From Lama glama (taxonomy: Eukaryota), in NCBI GenBank assembly GCA_028534125.1, contig CM052816.1, forward strand, positions 101,930,001-101,994,000: a stretch of DNA of 64,000 nucleotides, read 5' to 3'. Below are positions 13,301 to 25,300 of this stretch, one piece after another. The notes beneath the pieces were generated by a model that saw only the letters and a list, made by a program, of their open reading frames with translations, ran no database searches and was not told the origin of the DNA. Made by a program: the position numbers and the translations under genes. Each line of letters begins with the position of its first letter. Position 1 is the first letter of the stretch.

Positions 13301-16300
13301 ATGCTGTGGAGGTACTTGAGCAGGCGGGTCAGCTCAGCATTGGATGTGTGTTCACTGGACCAGAGTGGGCCTCTCGTGCAGACCTGCACCACCGCCCTCC
13401 CCTGCCGGTCTCGGGTTCCTGTGGAAAGAGAGGGGTTGGTGAGGGTCACTTGACAGGATTTGACCACAGGTTGACCCCCGAGCTGGACCCCGGCCCTGTG
13501 TGCTCCTCTGCCTTCCCCACTCCCAGAAGCTGCCCATGGATACAGCTTTGTGATAATGATGTGGTGTTGAGGCCACGTGGATGATGACCTGAAGGAGCCC
13601 AGTTGAGGCCTCTGCATAAACTTTAAGATTCTGGTGGGAAGGGCAGAAATCCTGCAGTCGTCCAACACAAATTACCTGCTTATTAATCCTCACACCTACC
13701 AACGTGGCGCGTCTGCCGATTTCTCGGGTCTCTTTCTGCCTCTGTGAGAATGTGACCAATTTCAGATTCTACCTGGGAAGCTCTCAGGAGGTTACAAACT
13801 AACAAGGGGGTGTCGTGAAAGGGGCACCCCAAAGGGAACACGTGTGGCTTCAGGCTTGAGGAATACAGAGCCAGGGTTTGCAAACGTTCGCTGAGTTACT
13901 GGCTTAGTGTGAGATTTGGGGGAGAGAAGAGCCCAGTGCTCACCTGGGGGGTGAGGGCCAACGGCATGCTCTGAATATTTTTCATGTTGAAATTCTGATG
14001 GAATCTGGATGGGGGACATTGGGAGGTGCTTTGGTCTGAGGGTGGAGCCCTCATGAATGGGATCAGTGCCCTTATGAAAGGGATCCCACAGAGCTCCCTT
14101 TCCCACTTGCCACGTGAGGACAAGTGAAAAGGCGCTGGCTATGAACCAGGAAGGGCTCTCAGTCACTAGAACCCACCGTGCTGCACCTTGACCATAGACG
14201 TCCAGCCCCAGGACTGTGAGGAACAAAGTTCTGTTGTTAATCTCTGTGTATTCTGCTGGCTAGACAGCCATGCTCACCTGGGAGGGTGACCACCCCAGAC
14301 TGCAGCAGCTCCTGGCTGATTTCCAGCGCTGGCCTGGGCACCGGGCTGGGCAGCTCTCCTGTGCGGGGCGTCCGCCCTTCTCTCTCCCGGCACAGCAGTC
14401 CTCCAGGCAGCTCTGAATACCTGCTGAGGCTGCTTCCCCGGAGGGGGCTGGCCTCTGCGTCGACAGGGGCTGCACGAGGGAGAGACCGGGTGGAAAATGA
14501 AGCACTTCTCTGATTAGAAGGAGGCTCAGTGAGCTACAAACACAAGAAGAAACCGAGAGTTCTATGAATTTGTCCTCTTTACGGTGGGAGAGGTCAGCAT
14601 GCCTGACTAGGGGTCAGGCTTTCCCTGAGAAGTCATGAATAAATAACACAGAGAGGAGACAATGAGGGAGGTCGCTTCTCAGATCCTCACCACCTGAAAA
14701 CATCTTAAGGGGAAATATTTTAATACTGAATAATGTCACCTTAGAGTGAAACCTCAGGATGACATAACCCCTCACCCATCCCCTCAGAGAGGGGGTCTCG
14801 CCCTCACCCATCTCCTCAAGGGTGGGGCCCCACCCAGGCGGGGGCAGGGGATCCCCTCTGAGGCTCTTTCCTTGTGAATGAGCACATGGGGTGTGGCCCA
14901 CACCACGGACTGTGGGCTCCAGGGACAGGTGTGTGGTCCCAGGCAGCAGGGATGGAAGCAGGTCTCCTGCATCTGTGATCAGTGGTCCCGGCCCTTCTGA
15001 CCAGACCTCTGGCACCACCACCTACATCCTCGTGGGTAGAAGCAGCTTCTGCACGTGCACAGCGTCTTCCTTTGTCCTGCACAGCCAGCTTGTGTTTAGC
15101 CAGGAAGAGGCCTCTCCCAGGCTGTGAACCCTTCCCCAGGACCCAACAGCCTCAGTGTCCACTCACGAGCAATTTCTGACTAGTGTGTAGGCAAAGCCCG
15201 CGGGGCCAAGAGATGTGATTTCTTAAGATCACGACATCTCTGAGGACAAGACCTCGAGTTTCTTAGATGTCTGCTCCACGCAGGGGAGTTGCCGGCCAAG
15301 GCCCCACATCCACCTCCCGGTTGTGCAATGCCTGCGACGCTGGGCTATGCCGGGGGGAGCCCTGCACAGCTAGCATGTCTCCCTCGAGAGAAACTCGCTG
15401 GATTTAGTTTATATTGACGCAGGAGTTGAAGACGGACTGTCTCCCAGCCACGAAGAAGTTGCAGACATGAGTTTTCACTGCATCATCCTGTGGGTGTGGT
15501 TGTGTGTGTTTTCCGTCCAAAACAAACAGGAAAGAAAATGGACATAAAGGAACTTTCAGGACCTAGAAACAATGGTCAGTGAGTTATTGCTTCATTTTAA
15601 TTATTTTTATTGTTTGAAGTTTTTTTTAGAAGCTGATGTATAGCTGATTTACAACATTGTGTTACTTTCCAGGTGTACAGCAAAGTGACTCAGTTATACT
15701 GTGTATATTCTCTTTCACATTATTTTCCATTATAGATTATTACAAGGTATTGAATGTAGTTCCCTGTGCTGTACAGCAGGGCCTTGTTGTTCATCTGTTT
15801 TTATAGATGTAGTTGATAGTGTGCATCTGTTAATCCCAAACTCCCAGTTTGTCCCCTGCCAATTTCTTCTTTGGTAACCATAAGTCCGTTTTCTATGTCT
15901 GTGAGTCTCTGTTTTGTAAATAAATTCACTTGTATCATTTTTTAGATTCCACATATAAGTGATATCGTATGATATTCGTCTTTCTCTGTCCGACTTACTT
16001 CACTTAGTATGATAATCCCTAGTCCACCCACGTTGTCACAAATGGCATTATTTCAGTTTTAGTGGCTGAGTAGTGTATACCACATCTTCTTTATCCAGTC
16101 ATCTGTCAGTGGACAATTACGTTGCTTCTAAGTCTTGGCTATTGTAAGTAGTGCCGGTATGAACACTGGGGTCCATGTGTCTTTTCGCATTAGATTTTTG
16201 TGTCTTCCGAATACATGCTGAGGACTGGGATTGCTGGATCACATGGTGAGTCTATTTTTAGGTTTGAAGAAATATCCATATTGTTTTCCATAATGGCTGT

Positions 16301-19300
16301 ACCAATTTACATTCCCACCAGCAGTGTAGGAGGGTTCCTTTTTCTCCACATCCTCTCCAGCATTTATCATTCGTAGACATTTTAATTGTGGCCGTTCTGA
16401 CAGGTGTGAGTTGATAACTTATTGTAGTTTTGATTTGCATTTCTCTAATACTTAGCAATGTTGAACATCTTTTCATGTGCCTGTTGGCCATCTGTATATC
16501 TTCGTTGGAGAAATGTCTATTTAGGTCTTCTGCCCACTGTTTGATTGGTTTGTTTGGTTTTTTTTTTGATATTGAACTACATAAGCTGTATATTTTAGAA
16601 ATTAGCCTTTTGTCAGTCATGTCATTTGCAAATATTTTCTCTCATTCTGTAAGTTGTCTTTTCGTTTTGTTTATGGTTTCCCTTGCTGCACAAAACTTTT
16701 AAATTTAATTAGGTCCCCTTTGTTTATTTTTCCTTTTGTTCCCATTACTCTAGGAGACAGATCCCCAAAAATATTGCTGTGATTTATGTCAAAGAGTGTT
16801 CTGTCTATGTTTTCCTCTAGGAATTTTATGGTTTCTGGTCTTACATTTAGGTCTTTAATCCATTTTGAACTTTTTTTTGTATGTGCTGTTAAAGAACATT
16901 CCAATTTCATTCTTTTACATGTAGCTGTCCAGTTTTTATTTTAATTTTAATTGAATTGCAGTGAGGCAATAGAATATATTTTAAAAGTGTTAACCCTAAG
17001 TAAATAATTTTGCTATAAAAATTTTTGTAGTAAGTCCAGTGTGTGTTCTGCACTTTCGGAATTCTGTCAGGATTTCAAGCGGAGCAGGCAACCTAATTTT
17101 GGAAGTGAGAGGCCCTCCACAGCTGCAAGAAACTCTCTGGGTCTCCAGAGCCCAGGGGCAGTTTCCGCAGAGCCCAGGTAGGGCCAGGTGGGCAGCCAGG
17201 TGTGGGTCTCACAGGTGAGGGAGCCACAGAGAGAAGAGTGATGCATCAGGTTCCTGGGACTCAACGGAACTTTCACACCTTCACTGCTTCCAAAGGCATT
17301 GTTTTTTTCTCCACAGAATATTTCTTTATTCAAAAAAGGGAAATATTTTATAGCACAGGAAAGTATATTCAATATCTTGTAGTAACCTATAATGAAAAAT
17401 AATATGAAAACGAATATATGTATGTATATGTATGCCTGAAACATTATAGTGTACACCAGAAATTGACACGTTGTAAACTGACTATACTTCAATTTTAAAA
17501 AATATTTAAAAAGAACAAAAAAGAGAAATATTTGACTTAAGAAATACGTTGTCATTCTTTCTTTCTCTTTCTTTGTACCCTGCAAACACGCCGTTATATC
17601 ATCTCCTTCTCCCTCCAGAGCTGTAAGGAAAGGTAGCAATTCCAGAATTTAGAGGCACAGCTCAGTGACGTTACACACCTTCAAGCAGCACAAACTCACT
17701 GGCCTGGTCCCATTTAAAAATGAACATTACACTTGATTTGTATATTTGGGAGGAGTACTAATGCAATGTGGTGGGCTGAATGGTGACCCCCAAAGGCAAT
17801 GTCCACTCCAGAATGTGTAAATGTGGCCTTGTTTGGGAAAGGGGCTTTGCAGAAGTGAATTAATGAAGTCTAGGGTGTTCCTAAATCCAATGATAGGTGT
17901 CCATACAAGGGAACCGAGAGGGAGGTTTGAGACAGAGAGACACAGAGAAGGGCAATGAGTGTGGCCAGGGGATGCCTGGGGCCCCAGCAGCTGGAAGAGG
18001 ACCCTCCCCTGGAGCCTCTGGAGGGAGCGAGGTGCTGGGGCATCTTGGTCTCGGACTTCTGGCTCCAGAACTGTAAGGAATAACTTCTGTTGTCCTGAGC
18101 CACCAGTCTGCGGTACTTTGTTGTGGAGGCTCCAGGAAACGCATACATGTAAATGCTTTCAGCAGTTAGTATGCAGACAGTTTTGGAAGGGGACACAGTT
18201 CTACTCCCCATTCGCCAGGCCCAGAAACTCAACAGTTGGTATGGGGATGGGCTTTGACTCAATCAAGTGACCAAATGTGACAGGGTGGGAGCAGGAGGAG
18301 GGAGGAAGAGAGGCTGTGCAGGGTGTATGGGGGGAGTGGGGGCGAGTGGAGTTGTCGGGGAGAGGAGGGACAGGGTGGGAGAGAGGAGGAGAGGGGAGGG
18401 CAGGGGGAGGATGGGCGGACATTTACCTTCCTCTCTGGTGCAACCGGTGCAGCTGGGACTCCCCGCTGTGCCTGGTCGGCTGGACCCTGTGAGTCTGGTC
18501 CCCACAGCTTGTCCTCCCAGGAGGCCCCCAGGCCTGGCACTGGCTGAGTGGTGCGAGGCCCGCTGGGTGTCTCCTCGGGAGCTTCTGAGGGACTTGTCCC
18601 AGGACTGAGACCTCCTGGGAAGGGTTCTCCCTGTGGCTCCAGAAACACTCTCTTGACTCGGGATCCCCTGGGGGTCTCCTCGGTGGCCAGTTGTTTCTTT
18701 CTGGATCAGGCTGGTCACTGCCCTGGCTCCCCTGGCTCTGTGGCCTTGGATCTGGAAACCACAGGCCTCGTCCCCAGTGGACTCCTCAGAACTGGATCCT
18801 AGGGGCATGGGGTTCTGCAGCGCCTCCATGTAGGACTTCCTGAACCAGCGTCTGGCCTCCACACTGGCTGGCGCCCTAGGTGGCTGCCTCCTGGAGCTTG
18901 GGCTGCCCCCCTCTGCATGGAAGGTGAGGTCCTGGGGGCCATCATTCTTGTCCTTGGGGTCCAGCCTCCCTCCTGGTCCTGCAAGGCTTTCAGGGGGTTC
19001 CCAGGGGCCCTGCTCTGAGGGGCTGACACCCGAGATGCCTCTGTCAGAATTCCTGGACAGGTTCCTGGGGCTTTCACACTCAGCTCTTCGGGAGGAAGGA
19101 AGGTGGAGGTGCTGGTCTCTGCCAGGATGCCCACCATGGTGGGGCACAGTCGCAGTGTGTTTGGAAGGGGTGTCCCCCTGAGGAGGGGAGCTTATCACGG
19201 CTGGTTCTGGGGCTGAGGTCTCCGAGGTGCTGCTGGGTGGCAGCTGCCGAGGCCTGGGATGGCTGGGGAAGCTAGACAGGCCAGTTCCCGTGGTGGGTAC

Positions 19301-22300
19301 AAAGACGGGGTCTGTGATGTTGCTCCAAGGGGTGCGGTAGACCTCAGAGCCCGAGGTCAGCAAACAGTTTTGCAAGGGGACACAGTTCCGCTCCCCATTC
19401 ACCAAGTCCAGAAACTCTCCCGTGAAGACGCAGCCATACAGGGCCTCAGGTACAGCAACTTCCTCCAGGCCTCGTCCAAGCCGGGAGAGGCATTTCAAGA
19501 CCAGTCTGGCTGACTGCCTCCCCACCGCTGTGATCTGTAGATAGAAGTCCCCGGGCCTGAGCTTGACTCCACGGAGGGATGCCAGCTGCACCACCACCTT
19601 CTCGTGGACGCACAGTGGCCAGCCTTCATGCAGGAAGAGGAAGCCTGTGTGCCTGGCCTGGGACAAGAGAGAGGGAGATTAGCAGCCAACACAGAACCTG
19701 TCCAGCAGGGGGCTGAGCAACTGAGCCTCCCAGCACCTCAAAACCCCAAAGGAATCATCAGGACTGAAAGCAGGGCAGCTAGAAACTAATTCTGACAGCT
19801 CTTCCTGGGAGCCTGGGGGTCTGGACAGCTGGGGAAGGGGAGCCAAGTGAAGGAGCCACCCTTGGCACAGTCTCGCTCCAGGGGCGAGGGGTGAGCCCCT
19901 CCCAGGAGTCGTCCCCCCTGGGCAGGGCTGAGATGTCTCACCTGTCCCTGCAGCCCTTGGTGGAAGCTGCTGACACCTACAGGCAGCCCCCAAGCAGAGT
20001 ATTGCGTCTGGAATCACGGTGTGGGGGCCACGGTGAGAGGGCACTGATCGGGCAGGACGCCCCACACCATGCAAGCTCCCACCCAAAACAGCGGTCCTTT
20101 CTGCTTATTTGAAGGGGTCAGTGAAGTTTGCAACCAAGCTGTCGACTATGGGTGAGTCCTCAAGCGCTTCTTTGAGAAGAACTTGCTCTAGAAAAGGTTT
20201 CGATTTAAGGAATGGATGAACCAGTGTCTTCTTGGGGCATGGGGGTGTCAGGCTGGTAGAGAGCAGGGGTAGGCGGGACTCCGCTGACATGTCAGAGCTG
20301 GAGCTACAGGCTCTGAAACGGGACTGCATGCTACCGTTTGGGTTTAGTTCCGGTATTTTTGTGTTGTGCGCAAATTTCCCTATTGCAGCGCTGACTTACT
20401 GCACAAACACTATTGCAATAATAGAGAAAATGAAAAAAAGAGAATCTCATCCTAATATATCTAAAGAGATTTTAAACTTTTCTGTGCCCTTATGCACAAT
20501 TTATTACTATTATTAGTTATTCTAAAAGCAATAATAAGGTAGACAGGTTCGGTGTTCTTGTTGGCAGCCACCCTCAGCAAGTGTTTCTCTGTTATTCAGT
20601 TACCATCCTGACGACTATGTAGCGGTGCCTCTACTGTTAGAAACTGACAGTGCTTCTGTGCATTTCCACCGTAAATAAAAAATGCAGGGAGCATTCTCGT
20701 GACAGTTTTCTCTTCCTTTAAATTATCATTTTCTGGGGTTAGGATTACAGGATCAAAGGCGTGACCAATTTGTCATCAAGAGACACGCTCAGTATCTGTC
20801 ACAGTAACAGATGTACCAGCTGATTAGCAGCACAGGTTTACATCAAGACACCATTTCCTAAATTAACACGTATACTGTGGAATATTGGGGATGAATAAAG
20901 ACCGTACTTTTTAAGATCTAGCCATGAATCTTTCCAGCAGCCTACTACAACACATCTACAACTTAGCCATCATTAGTTTCAACTTGCCTCAAAAATATCC
21001 CCCAATAAACTAAGTGCATTGGACAGTTATTAAGTAGGGTCTGTGTGAAGGAACTGGAGCTGCTCCAACCCCTGACACCACTGCTCAGGCAGGGACTCAG
21101 TTCCCTCCTTCAGCCACTAGACGGGAGCTGGCTGGGAGAACCGGAGGGGTCTGCAGACAGCGGGCCCCCACCCACTGGAGGCTGAAGAGCCTTGTTTCTG
21201 GACCTGCACCTATTTCACCGTTATTTGAACCCAGAAGAGGGTGGAGCCAGTGCCTAGTGGACTCTACAAAATAGAGGAAATGGGGCGGTTTCCCCAGTCG
21301 CGTGTTTAAACGCTACAAAAAAAAATGGCTGAGATGACAATTTGTTTTTATTTTTTAATAATCTCCCGCTTTCTTTCTGAAAGGAAACGACAAACGCCCA
21401 TTTGAATGACATCTGCTTAATTCCTGGATGAATTTGAAACGCACAGAAGCACACTCTCCTTTGCCCCTTCACCAGCATATTTCCTTGGATCTAAAATTCA
21501 TACTGTTCAGATTAAATGCTCTCCAAGTACCAGATAAAGCACTGCCTGTCTCTAAGCTACTCAAAAATGTAAGGGGTTCCCCGCTGGAGGATCTCACATA
21601 GGCTGTATTACACGAGGGAGGGGCTCACGGGCTCCACCCCCGAGGGAGGGGCTCACGGGTTCCACCCCCTGGAGGGAGGGGCTCACAGGTCCCACCCCCC
21701 GAGGGAGGGGCTCACGGGCTCCACCCCCTGGAGGGAGGGGCTCACAGGTTCCACCCCCCGAGGGAGGGGCTCACATGTTCCACCCCAAGGGAGGTACTTA
21801 CACAGGCTTCCTGCTGCAGGTGTTGTAAAGCCCTCTTGGCTGGGAGGAGGAAGTCCGTGAGGCAGTGCAGCCCGTCCCCACCGTAGAGCTTCTCGGCCAC
21901 ACTAAACAGCTGCCAGAGCACCGTGGCTGCCGTGGCCTCAAAAGGTGGGTAGAGAGCAGAGAGTGTGTTCTGAATACAGGTGTCAAGGGATTCCAGGTCC
22001 TGAAAGGGAAGAGAGGTTCCGGAAGTTAGGAACAGGTGCAGTGGACACTCTCCCAGGCTGGCACTTAAGTGTCCACTCTGAAGGCGCCTGTCTCACGTCC
22101 GGGAGGGTGAATCATCTTTGTGAAATGAAGCAGGTATTGGCGAACCCCCAGCACAGAGCAGGGCTCCTGCTGTTGGTCCTCACGTCATCACAGAGCAGAA
22201 GCACACCGTGACAGGTACACCTGACACCTGTCCCTAAGTGGGGAACCCTATCTAACACCTATGAGAGACGACTGTCCCTTATTACACAAGGCACAAGTGA

Positions 22301-25300
22301 GTTTAGGTTTGACTTAAGTTCCATCCCATCAAATTCTGAAATATGCACCTTAAATGTTGTGTTTTAGGGTCTTCTGGGAGCCTGTACACTTTCTTGGGGA
22401 TCTCCCCTTCCCTGGTCCCTCTCCCCGGCACTCCTAGTCTGCGCAGGGAATCGGGGCCCTGGGGGAGGTCAGAGCTGGTCCATGTCCCATTTTATAGTCA
22501 GAAAACTTCATCCCAGAAAACATTTTACTTATATTGATGATTTTTAAAAAGTTAAACAGAAACCATTACGGCAGCCTTCCTCAAAACCACAGGATTGTGC
22601 TCAAGCAGTCATTTGGAAAACAGTATCATTGGTGTCTGAATCCCTCTTTAAATTTTTGGTGCAACATGCTTCTATGTAGAGACAGAATGCTTTTTAGTTT
22701 AAAAAATGTTAATTCTACTTTTAGATGTAACATTTCCTGAGGAAATACCACCAGGCTCATTCGTTTGGAGAAGACATGCAAGGCCACAAATAACAGAAGC
22801 CAAAGAGGTTAAAATTGCAAAATCAACTTTCAAAGGAACAATGGTTACTGTCTCAGACTCTTCTGAATGGCTAATCTCAAGAAAATTGAAAATAAAATAG
22901 GAATCCTCTGGGTTTGCAGTGGATGAGGACTAGGAGAGAAGCCGTCTGTCCTGCCAGTGGGCCAGGCCACACAGCACCTGGGGAGCCATGCGTTGCTGGA
23001 TCCGTCCAGTTGCTGGGACCGGCTCCACTCCCTCCTGTCCCTCGCACAGGCCTCCTGTCTGCTCCCTCTCCACACGGCTGCCTCCCCGCTAGGCAGGGCC
23101 ACTCCTCTGGCCATGGGAATACTCTAAACACTATTGCATCCCAAAAGTGCCCATGTGCTCTGACTTCCAAGGGCCCACATCACACCTGATTTAGGACCAA
23201 ACATCAGTGCAGGGACTGAACGGAGCCGGTTCCGAGCAGGGGCAGGACCCACCCTCCTTGGAAGCAAATGCTTACTTGAGACAGAAACTGGCAGGACAAA
23301 GTGGGATGTGATCCTGGGGACAGTCTTGAAGGACCTCCCTTGAACTGAAACGCAAATGTTGGGCCCTCCTGTGGAGAGATATCTTCCTGCCACTCAGATG
23401 CCCAAACCCAGGCCCATTCCTCTCCCAGACCCACGGGGCAGGTCTGCTTCTAGGTTAGCTGTGGTCAGCAGCCTTCCAGCCTCTGTCTCACCGGCTCACC
23501 TTCTGAAAACTGCCCAGTGTGAGGAGGAGGGACCGCCACTCACCGAGATCCCACAGCCCTGGTCACCTATGGGGCAATGGCGGCCTCCATGGCCTTTTTC
23601 TGCCCTTTGGTTCCCGCCGTGCCTGGGTCAGGCCCCACACTCAGCCCCACGCCCTGTGTGGCCATCCCTACTCAGAGCCTGGCTGGGCAAGAGCTGCCAA
23701 GGGGAGCTGCCTGCCGGCTGTGAGGCTACTTCTGGGCACGTAAGTCGAGGAATCCCTGGGAAAGCCAACGGAGCGACTTCTCCAGCCTCCCCTGCGTGCA
23801 CAGCCCCTCCTGCTGACACTGCTGTCTGGGCACTTCTTGTCCAGGGAGAGCTGGCAACATGAGGCTGCGCTCAGGACACTGACAGAGCCCCCAGTCACTC
23901 TGATGGTGCCCTTCCTGCCCTGGGAGGGGGTTCTGGTGGATAAGCCAGGTACCTGACCAGAGCAGACGTCTAGGGTCTGCGCTCCAGAACAGATACAAAC
24001 CACTCGAAGCATGAAGGGAGGCCCCAGGCTGGAGCCATGGGTACAGGAAACCGTTTCCACCTGCACACGACTCAGACAACTTAGTGTGCTTAGGAAATAC
24101 AAATTGTATGAGGAAGTAGCAGACACACAGGAGCCCGCGGGCAGAGAGGCAAAAACTACCACATCACAGCAAAACCAAGTTACCTGGAATATATTCGATT
24201 CCACTTAAGAAAATAGGAAAGTATACAGTATGTTTCAGAAAGATTTCCATAAGAATGCTTAGAAAGAGAATGTTGTTTGAGTATCTTCAAGGGTAAGTTT
24301 CCATCACGTGGAATATATCCTGTTTGGCATCAGCACCCTGATGTTTGCTTGGCCGAGTGTGTGTGTGCATGTGTGCGTGTACGTAAGTACTGACCCAGGA
24401 GAAGTATGTGTGGGCGAATCTTAAAATTGTTCGGGTGTAGAGGATGAGGAGGGCGTGGACACAGGGTGGGAGTATGTCCGTCGAGCACTTCTGTTTCCAC
24501 CTGCTTCCGCTCTCCGTTAGCTGTAACTCACTCATTCACCAAAACCTAGCAAACTGTCAAAACATCCCAGTGACCTGGTAGACAGGAAAGGGCTGACTTC
24601 TCCAGAGGTAACTCAGGGTTCCAATTTGAAGCAAACACACCCACACGAACACGAGTTGGCTTCAGGACTCAGGACTGCATCTGTTTACTGGACCATAAAC
24701 CTCACCGTGGCTTAGGCTGTGACCAGTGTGACATAGTTAGTGGGACAGCTCACCCAGCGCTGGTGTAAAAGCATGTGACTTCCATTCCGCTGCACTGGAA
24801 ATTCCCTGTCATTTGGCCAACAGCAGAGCTGCCTTTGCATTTTAACAACAGGAAATTTATGCCTGGGAAAACATTTGAAAGCTTCGCTCTTCAACGAGGG
24901 ATGTATTTTCCCCATGAACTTTAGTAAAATTTTACTGACACGAGAGCGATTTCGTTTCTCGTCACAGCGGTGCCCCCGACTCAGCAGGCTCCTCCCAGCG
25001 CAGGGCCTGGGGGAGACGATGAGGTCTCAGTGCACAGGCCCTCCCCATGACCCTCTACACCCTGCAAGTGCTGGCGATGAGACGACAGGGGCTGGGAGCC
25101 TCGTGGGGGGCCTGTCGTAGAGATGCAGGAAGGACACCCGCTGGAAAAAACTGCTTCTCCTCTGGAGGCAAGAACCAGCTAAATGTCACAGGAAAGGGAT
25201 GTTTTCTCTCTGCAGGTGTGTGAGGACCTAAACGATGCCAGCTGAATGGGGCACCCATTTAGGGCCTGGCTGACTGGAAAGATGTGGCCGAGCCCAGCCT

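Noticed and set aside
21613..21794. CRISPR-like appearance of the periodic repeats here and at 50094-50370
   Set aside because: Head-to-tail units without unique spacers, no cas genes, and the DNA is mammalian.
24395..24535. ATG-started minus-strand ORF ending at TGG|gtcagt as another alternative first exon
   Set aside because: Phase-compatible, but the donor is weak and there is no promoter signal or recognisable homology.
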